From: Bdellovibrio sp.
Lineage (GTDB): Bacteria; Bdellovibrionota; Bdellovibrionia; Bdellovibrionales; Bdellovibrionaceae
Assembly (NCBI GenBank): GCA_036676395.1
Contig: JAKFCY010000002.1
Span: 576,001 to 640,000 of the forward strand
Length of the DNA: 64,000 nucleotides
Direction of reading: 5' to 3'
Shown: in pieces, positions 19,827 to 29,675 of the stretch
Layout: each line of letters begins with the position of its first letter
How positions within the stretch are numbered: the first letter of the stretch is position 1
Notes under the pieces: model-generated
Seen by the model: only the letters and a program-made list of their open reading frames with translations
The model's database searches: none
Told to the model about the DNA's origin: nothing
Translations under genes and position numbers: made by a program

Positions 19827-19855
19827 TTGACCAGCTAAATAAACTCCCGTAGAAC
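19827..19855 (+). promoter_or_regulatory. Sigma70-type promoter for rpsA
   Basis: TTGACC-N17-TAGAAC in the cmk-rpsA gap. Confidence 0.5.
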
Positions 19856-19916
19856 GACTCTTCAACCTTAGAGTTCCTAGAGGACTCTTTGCGTGAAAAG
19901 GAAAAAAACAAAAACA

Positions 19917-21707
19917 ATGAACAAAACGTTAAGCAAAAGCCAAAAAGAAAAACTATCAGTACTAGCAATGCTAGATGCTGAAGACTCAAAAATCCCGGAG
20001 AATCCAGGTATTCACGCGGGTAGTGACAAAAAAGGTGAATTCTCACAAATGTTCGAAGAATTTACGAAAGAACAAGATTTCAAAGTCGGTGACGTAGTTA
20101 CTGGTTCTGTAGTTGAAGTTCAGTCAGATTACGTACTAGTTGATATCAACTACAAATCTGAAGGCTTAATCCCAATCAATGAATTCCGTGTAGTAGACGG
20201 CGTTCGCCAAGTTAAAGCTGGCGATAAAATTGAAGTATTAATCGACCGTATCGAAAACGAAAACGGCATGATTGCATTATCTAAAGATAAAGCTGACATG
20301 TTACGTGCTTGGTCTGATATTTCTAAAGCTGCTGAAAACGAAGAAATCATCGAAGGTTTAGTAGTTGCGAAAGTTAAAGGCGGATTATCTGTAGATATCG
20401 GCGTTAAAGCTTTCTTACCTGGTTCACAAATCGATTTACGTCCAGTACGTAACATGGATGTTTACTTAGGCAAAAAATATAAATTCAAAGTTATCAAGTT
20501 CAACAAAAAACGCGGCAACATCGTATTATCTCGCCGTGCAATTCTTGAACAAGAGCGCGATTCATTAAAAGCTCAAACAGCTGATCAAATGAAAGAAGGC
20601 GCTACTGTTGTCGGTCTTGTAAAAAATATCACTGATTACGGAGCATTCATCGATTTAGGTGGTTTAGACGGTCTATTACATATCACTGATATGTCATGGG
20701 GACGTATTAAACATCCTTCTGAAGTGATCAACGTAGGCGATGAAATCAAAGTTAAAATCTTAAAATACGACACTGAAAAAGAACGCGTATCTTTAGGTAT
20801 GAAACAATTAACTGATGATCCATGGGCTAACGTTCAATCTCAATACTCAATCGGTTCTAAACACAAAGGTAAAGTAGTATCAGTAGCTGAGTACGGTGCG
20901 TTTGTTGAATTAGGCGAAGGTATCGAAGGTTTAATCCACGTATCTGAAATGTCTTGGACAAAACGTGTGAAACACGCGAACCAAATGGTTCAAGTAGATC
21001 AAACTGTTGATGTACAAGTATTAGCGATCGACACTGAAAATCGTCGTATCTCTTTAGGTATGAAACAACTTCAAGCTAACCCATGGTTAGAAATGAAAGA
21101 ATCATACCCTCCAGGAACAATCATTGAAGGTGAAGTTAAATCTATCACTGACTTCGGTGTGTTCGTTGGAATCGAAGAGGGCATTGACGGTCTAGTTCAT
21201 ATTTCTGATTTCTCTTGGACTAAACGTGTAAATCACCCATCTGAAATGTTTGCTAAAGGTCAAAAAGTAAGAGCAGTTGTTCTTGGCGTTGACACTGAAA
21301 ACGAAAGATTCTCTTTAGGTATTAAACAACTTGAAGGTGATCCTTGGGCACAAATCGAAACTAAGTACGGCATCGGTACTCAACACGATGTTAAAGTAAC
21401 TAAAGTTGTAGATTTCGGTGCATTCGTTGAACTTGAATCAGACATCGAAGGTTTAATCCATATCTCTGAGTTAACAACTGATAAAGTTGGCAATGTTGAA
21501 GACGTTGTGAAACCAGGCGATAAAATTAAAGCTGAAGTGATCACGATTGATAAAGACGCACGTAAAGTGGGTTTATCAGCGAAACTTATTAAACTTCGCG
21601 AACAAAAAGGCGATGTTGAAGAGTACGTTAAAAAAGCTACAGCTACTTCAAAAACTAGCTTAGGCGATTTATTCGGCGATCAATTAAAAGGTCTTAAAAA
21701 AGACTAA
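19917..21707 (+). CDS. rpsA: 30S ribosomal protein S1
   Basis: Six S1 repeats (YGAFIDL, GLLHI, GLIHVSE); ATG at 19917 preferred over GTG at 19893. Confidence 0.97.
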   Translation: MNKTLSKSQKEKLSVLAMLDAEDSKIPENPGIHAGSDKKGEFSQMFEEFTKEQDFKVGDVVTGSVVEVQSDYVLVDINYKSEGLIPINEFRVVDGVRQVKAGDKIEVLIDRIENENGMIALSKDKADMLRAWSDISKAAENEEIIEGLVVAKVKGGLSVDIGVKAFLPGSQIDLRPVRNMDVYLGKKYKFKVIKFNKKRGNIVLSRRAILEQERDSLKAQTADQMKEGATVVGLVKNITDYGAFIDLGGLDGLLHITDMSWGRIKHPSEVINVGDEIKVKILKYDTEKERVSLGMKQLTDDPWANVQSQYSIGSKHKGKVVSVAEYGAFVELGEGIEGLIHVSEMSWTKRVKHANQMVQVDQTVDVQVLAIDTENRRISLGMKQLQANPWLEMKESYPPGTIIEGEVKSITDFGVFVGIEEGIDGLVHISDFSWTKRVNHPSEMFAKGQKVRAVVLGVDTENERFSLGIKQLEGDPWAQIETKYGIGTQHDVKVTKVVDFGAFVELESDIEGLIHISELTTDKVGNVEDVVKPGDKIKAEVITIDKDARKVGLSAKLIKLREQKGDVEEYVKKATATSKTSLGDLFGDQLKGLKKD

Positions 21708-21734
21708 TTAGTTTTCGTAAAGATATATTCTTTG

Positions 21735-21769
21735 AGCCCGCATTCTTAACGGAATGCGGGTTTTTTTTT
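21735..21769 (+). terminator. Rho-independent terminator after rpsA
   Basis: CCCGCATTC / GAATGCGGG stem followed by T9. Confidence 0.9.
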
Positions 21770-21848
21770 GAGTTTTTTGGTCGGGGTTTTTCGACTACGC
21801 GCTGAAGTGGCCGTTCTTTCAAACTAAACAATTTGGCAGCTTGTTGAA

Positions 21849-21873
21849 CCGGGAATTGCTACGCAATTCCCGG
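21849..21873. repeat. Perfect 11-bp inverted repeat in the rpsA-sppA intergenic region
   Basis: CCGGGAATTGC-TAC-GCAATTCCCGG. Confidence 0.8.
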
Positions 21874-22044
21874 CTTCCGTTTGAGGAAGGGGAGGAAATT
21901 TGAAGTTGTTCGTGTCGAAAACGGAGTGTGTTTAGCTCTGTCACAACTTTTCCTAATAACGCATTCTGACGATGGTCAACTTCCGCCTCTGAAGGCTTTC
22001 TTTTTTTTGCCGTTTGATTAGACTTAATAGATACGAGGTTCAAT

Positions 22045-23034
22045 ATGTCTATACGTAAAATGATCGTGCTTGGTGTGTTTATTGGTTTCGCGGTTTATTT
22101 AGGTTACCGCGGTTATAAAGTAGCTACGACTTCAATTGCTGATGTCGAAGACGCTCCTTTGAATTTAAGTAAAAATGAAATTCTGCATTTAGAAATTAAT
22201 GGCGTTATTATGAACGGCAAAAAATTTCTTTCTAATTTGAAGAAATATGCTGACGAAGAAGCTGTGAAAGCGATCGTTATCGAAATTAATTCTCCGGGTG
22301 GGGCTGTTGGCCCATCGCAAGAATTGTTTCTTGAAATTAAGCGCGCCAAAGAAGAACACGGTAAGCCTGTGATTTGTGTATCGACAGGTTTGATTGCCAG
22401 TGGTGGTTATTATGCGGCGATGGCTTGTGATCAGTTGATCGTGGCTCCAGGCACGATGATTGGTTCTATCGGTGTGATTATGGAATTTGCTAATCTTGAA
22501 GACCTATATTCGTGGGCTAAAGTAAAACGTTACACAATCACGTCTGGTAAATTTAAAGATTCAGGTTCTGAATATCGTGCTATGCGCGATGATGAACGTA
22601 AATTATTTCAGGAAATGATTAACGAAGTTTACGAACAATTTCGTAATACAGTGGCCGAAGCACGTGGTTTAGAGATTCCGTTTGTGGCTCAGTATGCTGA
22701 TGGCCGTGTAATGACTGGTGCAAAAGCTGTTGAGTTAAAATTTGCTGATTCTATCGGTACCTTTGAAGACGCCGTTCGTATGGCAGCTGCAAAAGTCGGA
22801 TTAAAAGAAGATGAGTATCATGTATTACGCCCTCGTCGTGCGCGCCCTTCATTTTTATCTTTCTTTACTGATGATGAAGAAGGTGATGATTTAAATTCTA
22901 TTTCTAAATCTGAATTGCAGGCGGCTATTAAAGGTGATCTTGCCTCTAAGTCTGTTGAACAGGCTTTAAAATCTGTTTTTAAATTGAAAACGCTTAATCA
23001 GCCAATGATGATTATGCCAGGATACTGGGAGTAA
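22045..23034 (+). CDS. sppA: Signal peptide peptidase SppA (short, S49)
   Basis: INSPGG, ASGGYY, GSIGVI, SGKFKD, DGRVMTG. Confidence 0.92.
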   Translation: MSIRKMIVLGVFIGFAVYLGYRGYKVATTSIADVEDAPLNLSKNEILHLEINGVIMNGKKFLSNLKKYADEEAVKAIVIEINSPGGAVGPSQELFLEIKRAKEEHGKPVICVSTGLIASGGYYAAMACDQLIVAPGTMIGSIGVIMEFANLEDLYSWAKVKRYTITSGKFKDSGSEYRAMRDDERKLFQEMINEVYEQFRNTVAEARGLEIPFVAQYADGRVMTGAKAVELKFADSIGTFEDAVRMAAAKVGLKEDEYHVLRPRRARPSFLSFFTDDEEGDDLNSISKSELQAAIKGDLASKSVEQALKSVFKLKTLNQPMMIMPGYWE

Positions 23035-23040
23035 CTGTTA

Positions 23041-23598
23041 GTGGCGAAATCAGCTAAAGAAAACAAATTAGCCCATGTAAAGATGAATAAAGAAATTTGG
23101 CCGATCGAGCGCGATATTTTTTATCGCCCGGGCAGAATGAAGTATGTGCGTAAAATTATTAAACCAAGCGGTTGTGTGTTTTGTACTTCGGCGACTAAAA
23201 AAGAAAGTATTCAGACACTTTGTGTTTATAAAACTCAGTACACTCAAGTTGTGGTGAATAAGTTTCCATATAATAACGGTCATCTTTTGGTTTTGCCACT
23301 TCGCCACACCGGTGATTTATTGTCGCTGACTGAAGCTGAATACACTGATTTACATGCGGTTTTACGTTTATCAATAGAAGCCATTAAAGCTATGTATAAT
23401 CCGAATGGTTTAAATATAGGTATGAATCACGGGGCAACAAGTGGCGCGGGGATTCCGGATCATTTGCACTATCACATAGTGCCACGCTGGAACGGGGATC
23501 TTAATTTTTTTCCGTTGATTGCTGAAACAAAATTAGTGATCGAGAATCCGAAGCAGACCTATAGTAAACTTAAAAAATATTTTCAGAAAAACGGTTAG
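23041..23598 (+). CDS. HIT family nucleotide hydrolase (Ap4A hydrolase/phosphorylase-like)
   Basis: CVFC, NKFPYNNGHLLV, HLHYHIVPRW. Confidence 0.88.
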   Translation: MAKSAKENKLAHVKMNKEIWPIERDIFYRPGRMKYVRKIIKPSGCVFCTSATKKESIQTLCVYKTQYTQVVVNKFPYNNGHLLVLPLRHTGDLLSLTEAEYTDLHAVLRLSIEAIKAMYNPNGLNIGMNHGATSGAGIPDHLHYHIVPRWNGDLNFFPLIAETKLVIENPKQTYSKLKKYFQKNG

Positions 23599-23610
23599 GC
23601 GGAAATTAAT

Positions 23611-24357
23611 ATGACATCTTTTTCTGTTGCTCCAATGTCACCGGTAGTAAAAAAATTATTAATCATCAACGCTTTTATTTGGGTTGTGGTGCAAATATTT
23701 CTAGATCGCGCATTTGATTTTCACCACTGGCGTTTATTAATATTAGTGCCTGAATTAGTGATTGAAAAATTTTATGTCTGGCAATTAGTGACATACCAAT
23801 TTTTTCATGCGATTTCGCCGTTTCATTTATTCTTCAATATGTTGATGCTGTGGTTCTTCGGTTCTGAACTTGAACGCCGCTGGGGCAGTAAATTTTTTAC
23901 ATTTTACTATCTGGCAAGTGGCGCAGGAGCTGCGATTATCTATTGTATCGGCGTGGCTATTTACGCCGCGATGACTGGTTTTAGACCGGTCTTATTAACT
24001 CCAGTGCTCGGGGCTTCGGGCTCATTGTTCGGTTTACTATTGGCGTACGGGATTATTTATTCTGAGCGTGAAATGTACTTTATGGGGTTTTTTCCGATAA
24101 AAGCTAAATACTTTGTGATTATTGCAGGTGCTATGGATATGGCCTCTTTGGTAGGAACAGGCTTTGCTGGTGGCGAAGTGGCGTATTTAGCTCATTTAGG
24201 AGGCATCGCTTCGGGTTACATGATTCTGCGTGGTCATGTTCAATATAAGAACTATCAGGCAAAAACTAAGTTGAAGCGTAAGGCATCAAATCTGCGTTTA
24301 GTCGTCGACAACGAAAAGACCACTAAAGATTCGAATAACCCGAAATACTGGAATTAG
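23611..24357 (+). CDS. Rhomboid intramembrane serine protease
   Basis: WQLVTYQFFH, HLFFNM, GASG, AHLGG. Confidence 0.92.
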   Translation: MTSFSVAPMSPVVKKLLIINAFIWVVVQIFLDRAFDFHHWRLLILVPELVIEKFYVWQLVTYQFFHAISPFHLFFNMLMLWFFGSELERRWGSKFFTFYYLASGAGAAIIYCIGVAIYAAMTGFRPVLLTPVLGASGSLFGLLLAYGIIYSEREMYFMGFFPIKAKYFVIIAGAMDMASLVGTGFAGGEVAYLAHLGGIASGYMILRGHVQYKNYQAKTKLKRKASNLRLVVDNEKTTKDSNNPKYWN

Positions 24358-24416
24358 TGACCGATTGACTGATCGGTAAGGTTGCTTTAAAACAGTTATT
24401 CGTTCTTGGAGGACCT

Positions 24417-24593
24417 ATGTCATTAAATAAAGCTTTAGAAGATTTAAAATTTGATAAAAGATTAACTGAATTAAACATCCGTTTAGGCCGTATCACTCAA
24501 GAAGAAGTTGATAAACAAAATGCAGCTCTAGAAGACCTTGAATCACAAGTTGAAAAACTTGATCTTGATTCAGAAAAAGCTGAGATCAACTAG
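24417..24593 (+). CDS. Small acidic hypothetical protein, 58 aa (not in ORF track)
   Basis: GGAGG RBS, ATG at 24417, MSLNKALEDLKFDKRLTELNIRLGRITQEEVDKQ..., TAG at 24591-24593; fills the rhomboid-GST gap. Confidence 0.8.
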   Translation: MSLNKALEDLKFDKRLTELNIRLGRITQEEVDKQNAALEDLESQVEKLDLDSEKAEIN

Positions 24594-24613
24594 TTCGTAC
24601 TCATCCTTATTTT

Positions 24614-25255
24614 ATGGCTCAGCAACAACCAATAGATATTTACTGTATGGCTAATCAAGACCGCAGTGATCGCGTTCGTTGGCTGATTGAAGAGCTCGGT
24701 CTTGAATACCGTGATCATTATTTGAAAAGAAAAAATGGTGATCTGAATTCGCCACGCTATTTGGCACTCAATCCCACAGGCAGAGTTCCCACGATCGTAG
24801 ATAATGGAAAAGTGATCTACGAATCAGGAGCGATTTGTCTTTTTTTAGCCGACAAGTATCGTTCTATTAAAGTATTAGCTCCGGCTTTTGATGCTGAAGA
24901 GCGTGCTGAGTATTTGCAGTGGATGGTGTGGTCGGTGGCAAGTCTTGAATGTGTTATTGCTCGAATGTTCACACACGTAAGTACAGACCGCGAAAAAGAA
25001 GAAACGCACGCCTTTGTAAAAAAACAATGTGAGATTTTTGAACGTGCTCTTAATCCCATTTTAGAAAAACAAGACTATATTTTAAAATCAGGATTTTCTG
25101 CAGCAGATATTATGTTGGCTGCAGTTATTCCGGGAGCTTGGGAGTACCTCGTAGAGCCAAATCCGGCAATAAAAGCTTATATGAATAGGCTGATGCAAAG
25201 AGCGGCTGCAGTGAAGACCTGCGTTTTTGAAGTTCCCGATATGTCAGGTCATTAA
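24614..25255 (+). CDS. Glutathione S-transferase family protein
   Basis: RSDRVRWLIEELG, LNPTGRVP, ESGAI, FSAADI. Confidence 0.9.
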   Translation: MAQQQPIDIYCMANQDRSDRVRWLIEELGLEYRDHYLKRKNGDLNSPRYLALNPTGRVPTIVDNGKVIYESGAICLFLADKYRSIKVLAPAFDAEERAEYLQWMVWSVASLECVIARMFTHVSTDREKEETHAFVKKQCEIFERALNPILEKQDYILKSGFSAADIMLAAVIPGAWEYLVEPNPAIKAYMNRLMQRAAAVKTCVFEVPDMSGH

Positions 25256-25257
25256 TT

Positions 25258-26382
25258 ATGCCTGCAGTTAAGAAAAAAGATAATCCAGCTGCCTTCAAAC
25301 ATTGGTTCAATGAAGCCTTAGTCACGCGCATTGCAAATAGTCTTAAAAAAGCCTATCCGGCGTTTAATGCGAAGAGCTTTTTAAAGGTCGTACCAAAGCT
25401 TGCAGCTTTAGAAATGAAGCCACGGGTGCATTTCATTCGCGATGCAATGTTTGCCGAGCTCCCGCAGGATTATCTTAAAGCGCTGAGTATTTTATTAAAA
25501 TCTGCTGAAGTTGGAAACCTTAAAGGGTTTGAGTTATGGCCATATACAGAATTTATTCAACATCATGGTATCAAGCATGTCGATCAATCGCTTGAGGCTT
25601 TATATATTCTAACATCAAAATTTACCGCTGAATTCGCTGTGCGTCCTTTTTTGGTCGAACACCCGAAAAAAACTTTCGCCCGTTTAAAAAAATGGACCAG
25701 TGATGATAATGAACATATTCGTCGCTGGGCCAGTGAAGGTACGCGGCCGCGTTTGCCATGGGGCATGAAGCTGCACGCTTCGATTGTTGATCCTACAGCT
25801 GGTTTAGAAATCTTAGAAAAAATTAAATTCGATGATTCTCTATACGTTAGAAAAAGTATCGCCAATCACTTAAATGATATCACTAAAGATCATCCCGATC
25901 TGGTGATTTCGACATTACTTGCGTGGCAGAAAAAAGTGACAGCCAAAGATAAAGCCAAACTTGAGTGGATTCAAAAACAAGCCCTGCGCACATTAATCAA
26001 AAAAGGTTACAAGCCAGCTCTTGATGTGATGGGGTTTGGTGCTAAAGCTGAAATTAAGCTTGGCGAATTAAAACTGAATAAGAAAAAATTCAGTGAAAAA
26101 GATATTTTAGTTTTTGAATTAGATTTGATTTCAAAAAGTGTGAAACCTCAGGTTCTGGCCGTGGATTATATTATTCATTATCAAAAGGCGAACCAAAAAA
26201 GTTCACCCAAAGTATTTAAACTTAAAGTTTTTGAATTAAAGCCTAAAGAAGCTTTTACGTTAAAGAAGAATCATTCGTTAAAACCGGTGACGACGCGTAA
26301 GCACTATGCTGGCTTACATCGCTTAGAGATTCAGGTGAATGGTAAAGTGCTGGCTTCGGCAGACTGGCACTTGGCTTTATAA
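25258..26382 (+). CDS. DNA alkylation repair protein (AlkC/AlkD HEAT-repeat, YhaZ-like)
   Basis: FTAEFAVRPFL, RRWASEGTRPRLPW, YVRKSIANHLNDI. Confidence 0.85.
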   Translation: MPAVKKKDNPAAFKHWFNEALVTRIANSLKKAYPAFNAKSFLKVVPKLAALEMKPRVHFIRDAMFAELPQDYLKALSILLKSAEVGNLKGFELWPYTEFIQHHGIKHVDQSLEALYILTSKFTAEFAVRPFLVEHPKKTFARLKKWTSDDNEHIRRWASEGTRPRLPWGMKLHASIVDPTAGLEILEKIKFDDSLYVRKSIANHLNDITKDHPDLVISTLLAWQKKVTAKDKAKLEWIQKQALRTLIKKGYKPALDVMGFGAKAEIKLGELKLNKKKFSEKDILVFELDLISKSVKPQVLAVDYIIHYQKANQKSSPKVFKLKVFELKPKEAFTLKKNHSLKPVTTRKHYAGLHRLEIQVNGKVLASADWHLAL

Positions 26383-26388
26383 GGTGCT

Positions 26389-27330
26389 TTATAGCTTAGA
26401 CCATTCTTCGCGTAAGATTTGCAGGTCATCGCCATTTTCAATCACATATAAAGTTTTGATACCTTTATCCTGATGTTTATCAGATGAATAGTTCTGCACG
26501 AATTTAATCAAGTATTGGTTTTTTGTGTGTAAGATACTGGGCTTAGAAAAATCAATCGTGATCGTTGTATAAATACTTTTAAGTTTTTCTTTGTGTTTAA
26601 GCCATGATTTTTTGTTAAAGCTAGGCGCCGAAAAATCATCAGAATACATTTTACTGTAATTTTCTAAATCCTGTTTTTGCCAATAGTCTTTCCAAGTTTT
26701 TAACCAAGCTACTACTTTGTTTTTCTTAGCGGTGTGAGCGCCGCTGTCAACCCAGTCGGTTTTAGCATTAATAATCAGATGACTTTTATTTAATGAAATT
26801 AAATCTGATAATTTTTGAATATTGTCATTTCGTAAAACAACACAACCTTTTGAGCCGCGGTTTAGCGGAACTTTATCTGGAACAGAATGTAACCAAATGC
26901 CATCACCGGTTTTGTTTTCAAATTTATCAAAGACGTTCGGGTAATCGGTAGTAAACGCAAGCGATCCGTACTGATCAAACGGAATTTCTGGTTGAGTCAT
27001 CTTTTTTTGTAAAAGATAGATTCCTTCAGGTGTTTTTTTATCATTACGTTTGGTTTTTGGGCCGTCTTTTTTGCCGATATCGATTTCATAAGATAGGGGA
27101 GCTGTTAGTGTTTCTTCAGATTCAAAAAAGTATAACTTACGTTCGGTCTTATCAGCGATCATGATTGATGACTTGATTTCTGGGTCATCAGAGATCTGCA
27201 AAATTTCATTTGGAAGTTTAATTGTTTGCGAAGTTACAGCTTCTTGGGCAAAGGTGACAGCCGGCCTTACTAGAAGAAGTAAAACAAAGATCAAAGCGTT
27301 TAAAATTGGCGAAAAATTGCACATTTTCAT
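26389..27330 (-). CDS. YkuD-family L,D-transpeptidase/peptidase with C-terminal NTF2-like domain
   Basis: KTPEGIY, GDGIWLHS...SKGCVVL (His/Cys), C-terminal WKDYW...YS.DF...LREEW; start uncertain (27330 or 27375). Confidence 0.85.
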   Translation of the reverse strand: MKMCNFSPILNALIFVLLLLVRPAVTFAQEAVTSQTIKLPNEILQISDDPEIKSSIMIADKTERKLYFFESEETLTAPLSYEIDIGKKDGPKTKRNDKKTPEGIYLLQKKMTQPEIPFDQYGSLAFTTDYPNVFDKFENKTGDGIWLHSVPDKVPLNRGSKGCVVLRNDNIQKLSDLISLNKSHLIINAKTDWVDSGAHTAKKNKVVAWLKTWKDYWQKQDLENYSKMYSDDFSAPSFNKKSWLKHKEKLKSIYTTITIDFSKPSILHTKNQYLIKFVQNYSSDKHQDKGIKTLYVIENGDDLQILREEWSKL

Positions 27331-27434
27331 TCGTAAAATTATTATCGTCCTAAACTGGTACATCTGACAACTCATGGGGTGTGGTATTAAGACTTAGGGT
27401 AACATTTTTTTAACAATTTTCAAATCTTTGGTCT

Positions 27435-27461
27435 TAAGACCTAGGTTTAGCTCTCCGATAT
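27435..27461 (+). promoter_or_regulatory. Sigma28 (FliA)-type promoter for fliL
   Basis: TAAG-N15-TCCGATAT, ending 7 nt before the ATG. Confidence 0.6.
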
Positions 27462-27468
27462 AGTCAGT

Positions 27469-27945
27469 ATGAAACAGAAGCTGCAACTTATTCTAAATAG
27501 TCTTTTAGTTATATTGAACATGTGTGGATTAGGAACGGGTGCCTATTGGGTTTATGCATCAACCTTAGGTTACGAATCACCATATATTGTTGAAGAGACT
27601 TTAAGAAAGCCTGCAAGCTTGCCAGAGATGGTTGAAAAGGGCATGAATGTCTACACGATGGATAAATTCTTAGTGAACTTATCAGGCCAGCCGCAACGCC
27701 AAATTTTATTACAAGTTAATCTGGATATGTTAAATGCACAGTCTTTTACAGAAATTATGGATTCAGATAAAACGGCTCGTGCCCGTGATAGTATTATTCG
27801 CTTATTAAATGACAAGTCGTATTCGGATATTGAAACAATTCAGGGTAAATTATTTTTAAAGGATAGAATCGTTGAAGAGGTCAACAAAGTCCTACGAGTA
27901 GGACTTGTTAAAGACGTTTACTTTACGGACTTTGTGGTAAGATAA
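27469..27945 (+). CDS. fliL: Flagellar basal body-associated FliL family protein
   Basis: N-terminal TM, FLVNL, RDSII.LL, GK..LK.RI...VN, VKDVYFTDFVV. Confidence 0.88.
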   Translation: MKQKLQLILNSLLVILNMCGLGTGAYWVYASTLGYESPYIVEETLRKPASLPEMVEKGMNVYTMDKFLVNLSGQPQRQILLQVNLDMLNAQSFTEIMDSDKTARARDSIIRLLNDKSYSDIETIQGKLFLKDRIVEEVNKVLRVGLVKDVYFTDFVVR

Positions 27946-28531
27946 ATTTCACAGCTTTGTTATTAACAATTTCATAAACATCACCTGGGCCCAGGTAGGT
28001 TTCAATTTGAATTCCTACTTTTTTCTTTTCTTTAAGCTTCTCTGCGTGTTCACCAATGGCTTTTAAAACATAAATCGCCACACCAGTCTCTTTTATAGGA
28101 GTGGTTCCGGAAGCCGTTTTCTCTGTTGCAGTCACAGTCTCTTTAAGGTTTGACCACTGTGAAAGTTTTAATACAGTCCATTTTTTTTCATTTTGCAAAA
28201 TAGCGACTGCATACTGATTTTTTGTGTCTGTACCCATTAACACGATGTCTTTTTTGCCATTGCCGTCTAGATCATCGATAAAAGCCATTGGAACCTGGTT
28301 GTCACCAAGATCTTTAAATAACTCAAGAACCGATTTAATGTAAGCATTGCGATTAAAAGGAATAAATTCTGGATTCCATTGCATTAAAGCCTTGAGCGCA
28401 ACAGTTGGCAATTTGATTTCAACGTCATCATTTTTAGTAATGATTTCTAAAGAATTAGTTTCAGACTTTACGACCGGTAAGGCATTAGCGAGCGTAGCAA
28501 ATAAAAGGCAAGATACGATAATTTTGATCAT
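27923..28531 (-). CDS. Secreted hypothetical protein, copy 2 (partner of SleB-like hydrolase)
   Basis: Signal peptide; DLDGNGKKD; clear paralog of 29073-29675. Confidence 0.8.
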   Translation of the reverse strand: MIKIIVSCLLFATLANALPVVKSETNSLEIITKNDDVEIKLPTVALKALMQWNPEFIPFNRNAYIKSVLELFKDLGDNQVPMAFIDDLDGNGKKDIVLMGTDTKNQYAVAILQNEKKWTVLKLSQWSNLKETVTATEKTASGTTPIKETGVAIYVLKAIGEHAEKLKEKKKVGIQIETYLGPGDVYEIVNNKAVKFILPQSP

Positions 28532-29076
28532 CGTACGGATCCTCCGCTAGAAGATTTTTTGTGTTGTTGCGCACCTGTGTTAGCTGCTGCCGCACCTAAT
28601 TGTCTTGGACAAGTATCACCGCGAGATACAGAAAAAACATGATTTCCGGCTCGGCCACATGAAGTCACACGGCGCGACCAACCTGGAGTAACTTTGCGTG
28701 GATTATAAAAGTAAAGAAGCCCATTAGCACCTTCATTAATGGCTGTATCAGCAGCGTCTCTACAGTCTTGAAGAGCCTGTATATCTTTGGGCTCTTTGGC
28801 GTTAATGTTGTTGCCGTAACTATCGGCTGTCCAACTAAATTGCGAAGGCTGGTAAACAACTCCACAGACGGTATCTGGAAATTCATTAGATTGAGCTCGC
28901 GATAAAACTGTTTTTGCAACCGCGATCATTCCTATTTTGGGCTCGCCTCTAGTTTCGTGATAACAATTGCAAACTAAGCAGTTATAAGACGATGAATTTG
29001 GTTTGCACGACATGGTTTCTGCAAATGCAGTTTGCGTTGCAAGCGATAAAAATAAGGTAATTAGTATTTTATTCAT
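28528..29076 (-). CDS. SleB/Hydrolase_2 family cell wall hydrolase, copy 2
   Basis: Signal peptide; YHETRGEP..G.IAVA, FPDTVCGVVYQPSQFSW, LYFYNP, GNHVF. Confidence 0.88.
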   Translation of the reverse strand: MNKILITLFLSLATQTAFAETMSCKPNSSSYNCLVCNCYHETRGEPKIGMIAVAKTVLSRAQSNEFPDTVCGVVYQPSQFSWTADSYGNNINAKEPKDIQALQDCRDAADTAINEGANGLLYFYNPRKVTPGWSRRVTSCGRAGNHVFSVSRGDTCPRQLGAAAANTGAQQHKKSSSGGSVR

Positions 29077-29675
29077 AAAGTAAATTTAATAGCTTTATTA
29101 TTGTTAATTTCAAAAACTTCGGCAGAGCCCATAAAGTTTTCAATTTGAATGCCGGCTTTTTTCTTTTCTTTAAGCTTTTCAGCATGTTCGCCGATGGCTT
29201 TTAAAACATAGAAAGGAATTCCAGTTTCTGTTTGTGCAGCTCCTGAAACTGCGGCAAGTCCTGTTGGGATAACAGATTCTTTAATGTTTGCAATCGACCA
29301 TTCAGAAACTTTGATCAGTGTCCATTTTTTATCTTTTTGCAAAATGGCCACGACATATTGTTTTTTTAGATCGTTGCCAAGTAACACGATGTCTTTTTTG
29401 TCGTTACCATCTAAATCATCGATAAATGCCATAGGCACTTGGTTATCTCCGAGATCTTTAAACAATTCTAAAACTGATTTACTGTAATCCGTTTGGTTGA
29501 AGAGTTTAAAATTTGGATTCCATTTTTCTAAAGCAAGAAGTGCTACAGTAGGTAATTGCACTTCGACATCATTATTTTTAGTGTTGATTTCTAAAGTATT
29601 TGCTTCAGATTTTACAATTGTTGCAGCTTGCGTGATAGCTGTGAATAAAAAACAGAAAGTGAAGATTTTAATCAT
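29073..29675 (-). CDS. Secreted hypothetical protein, copy 1 (partner of SleB-like hydrolase)
   Basis: Signal peptide; KSVLELFKDLGDNQVPMAFIDDLDGN identical to copy 2. Confidence 0.8.
   Translation of the reverse strand: MIKIFTFCFLFTAITQAATIVKSEANTLEINTKNNDVEVQLPTVALLALEKWNPNFKLFNQTDYSKSVLELFKDLGDNQVPMAFIDDLDGNDKKDIVLLGNDLKKQYVVAILQKDKKWTLIKVSEWSIANIKESVIPTGLAAVSGAAQTETGIPFYVLKAIGEHAEKLKEKKKAGIQIENFMGSAEVFEINNNKAIKFTL

Noticed and set aside
21819..22043. 74-aa minus-strand ORF in the rpsA-sppA gap
   Set aside because: Non-ATG start, no RBS, no recognisable motif; overlaps the hairpin/repeat element
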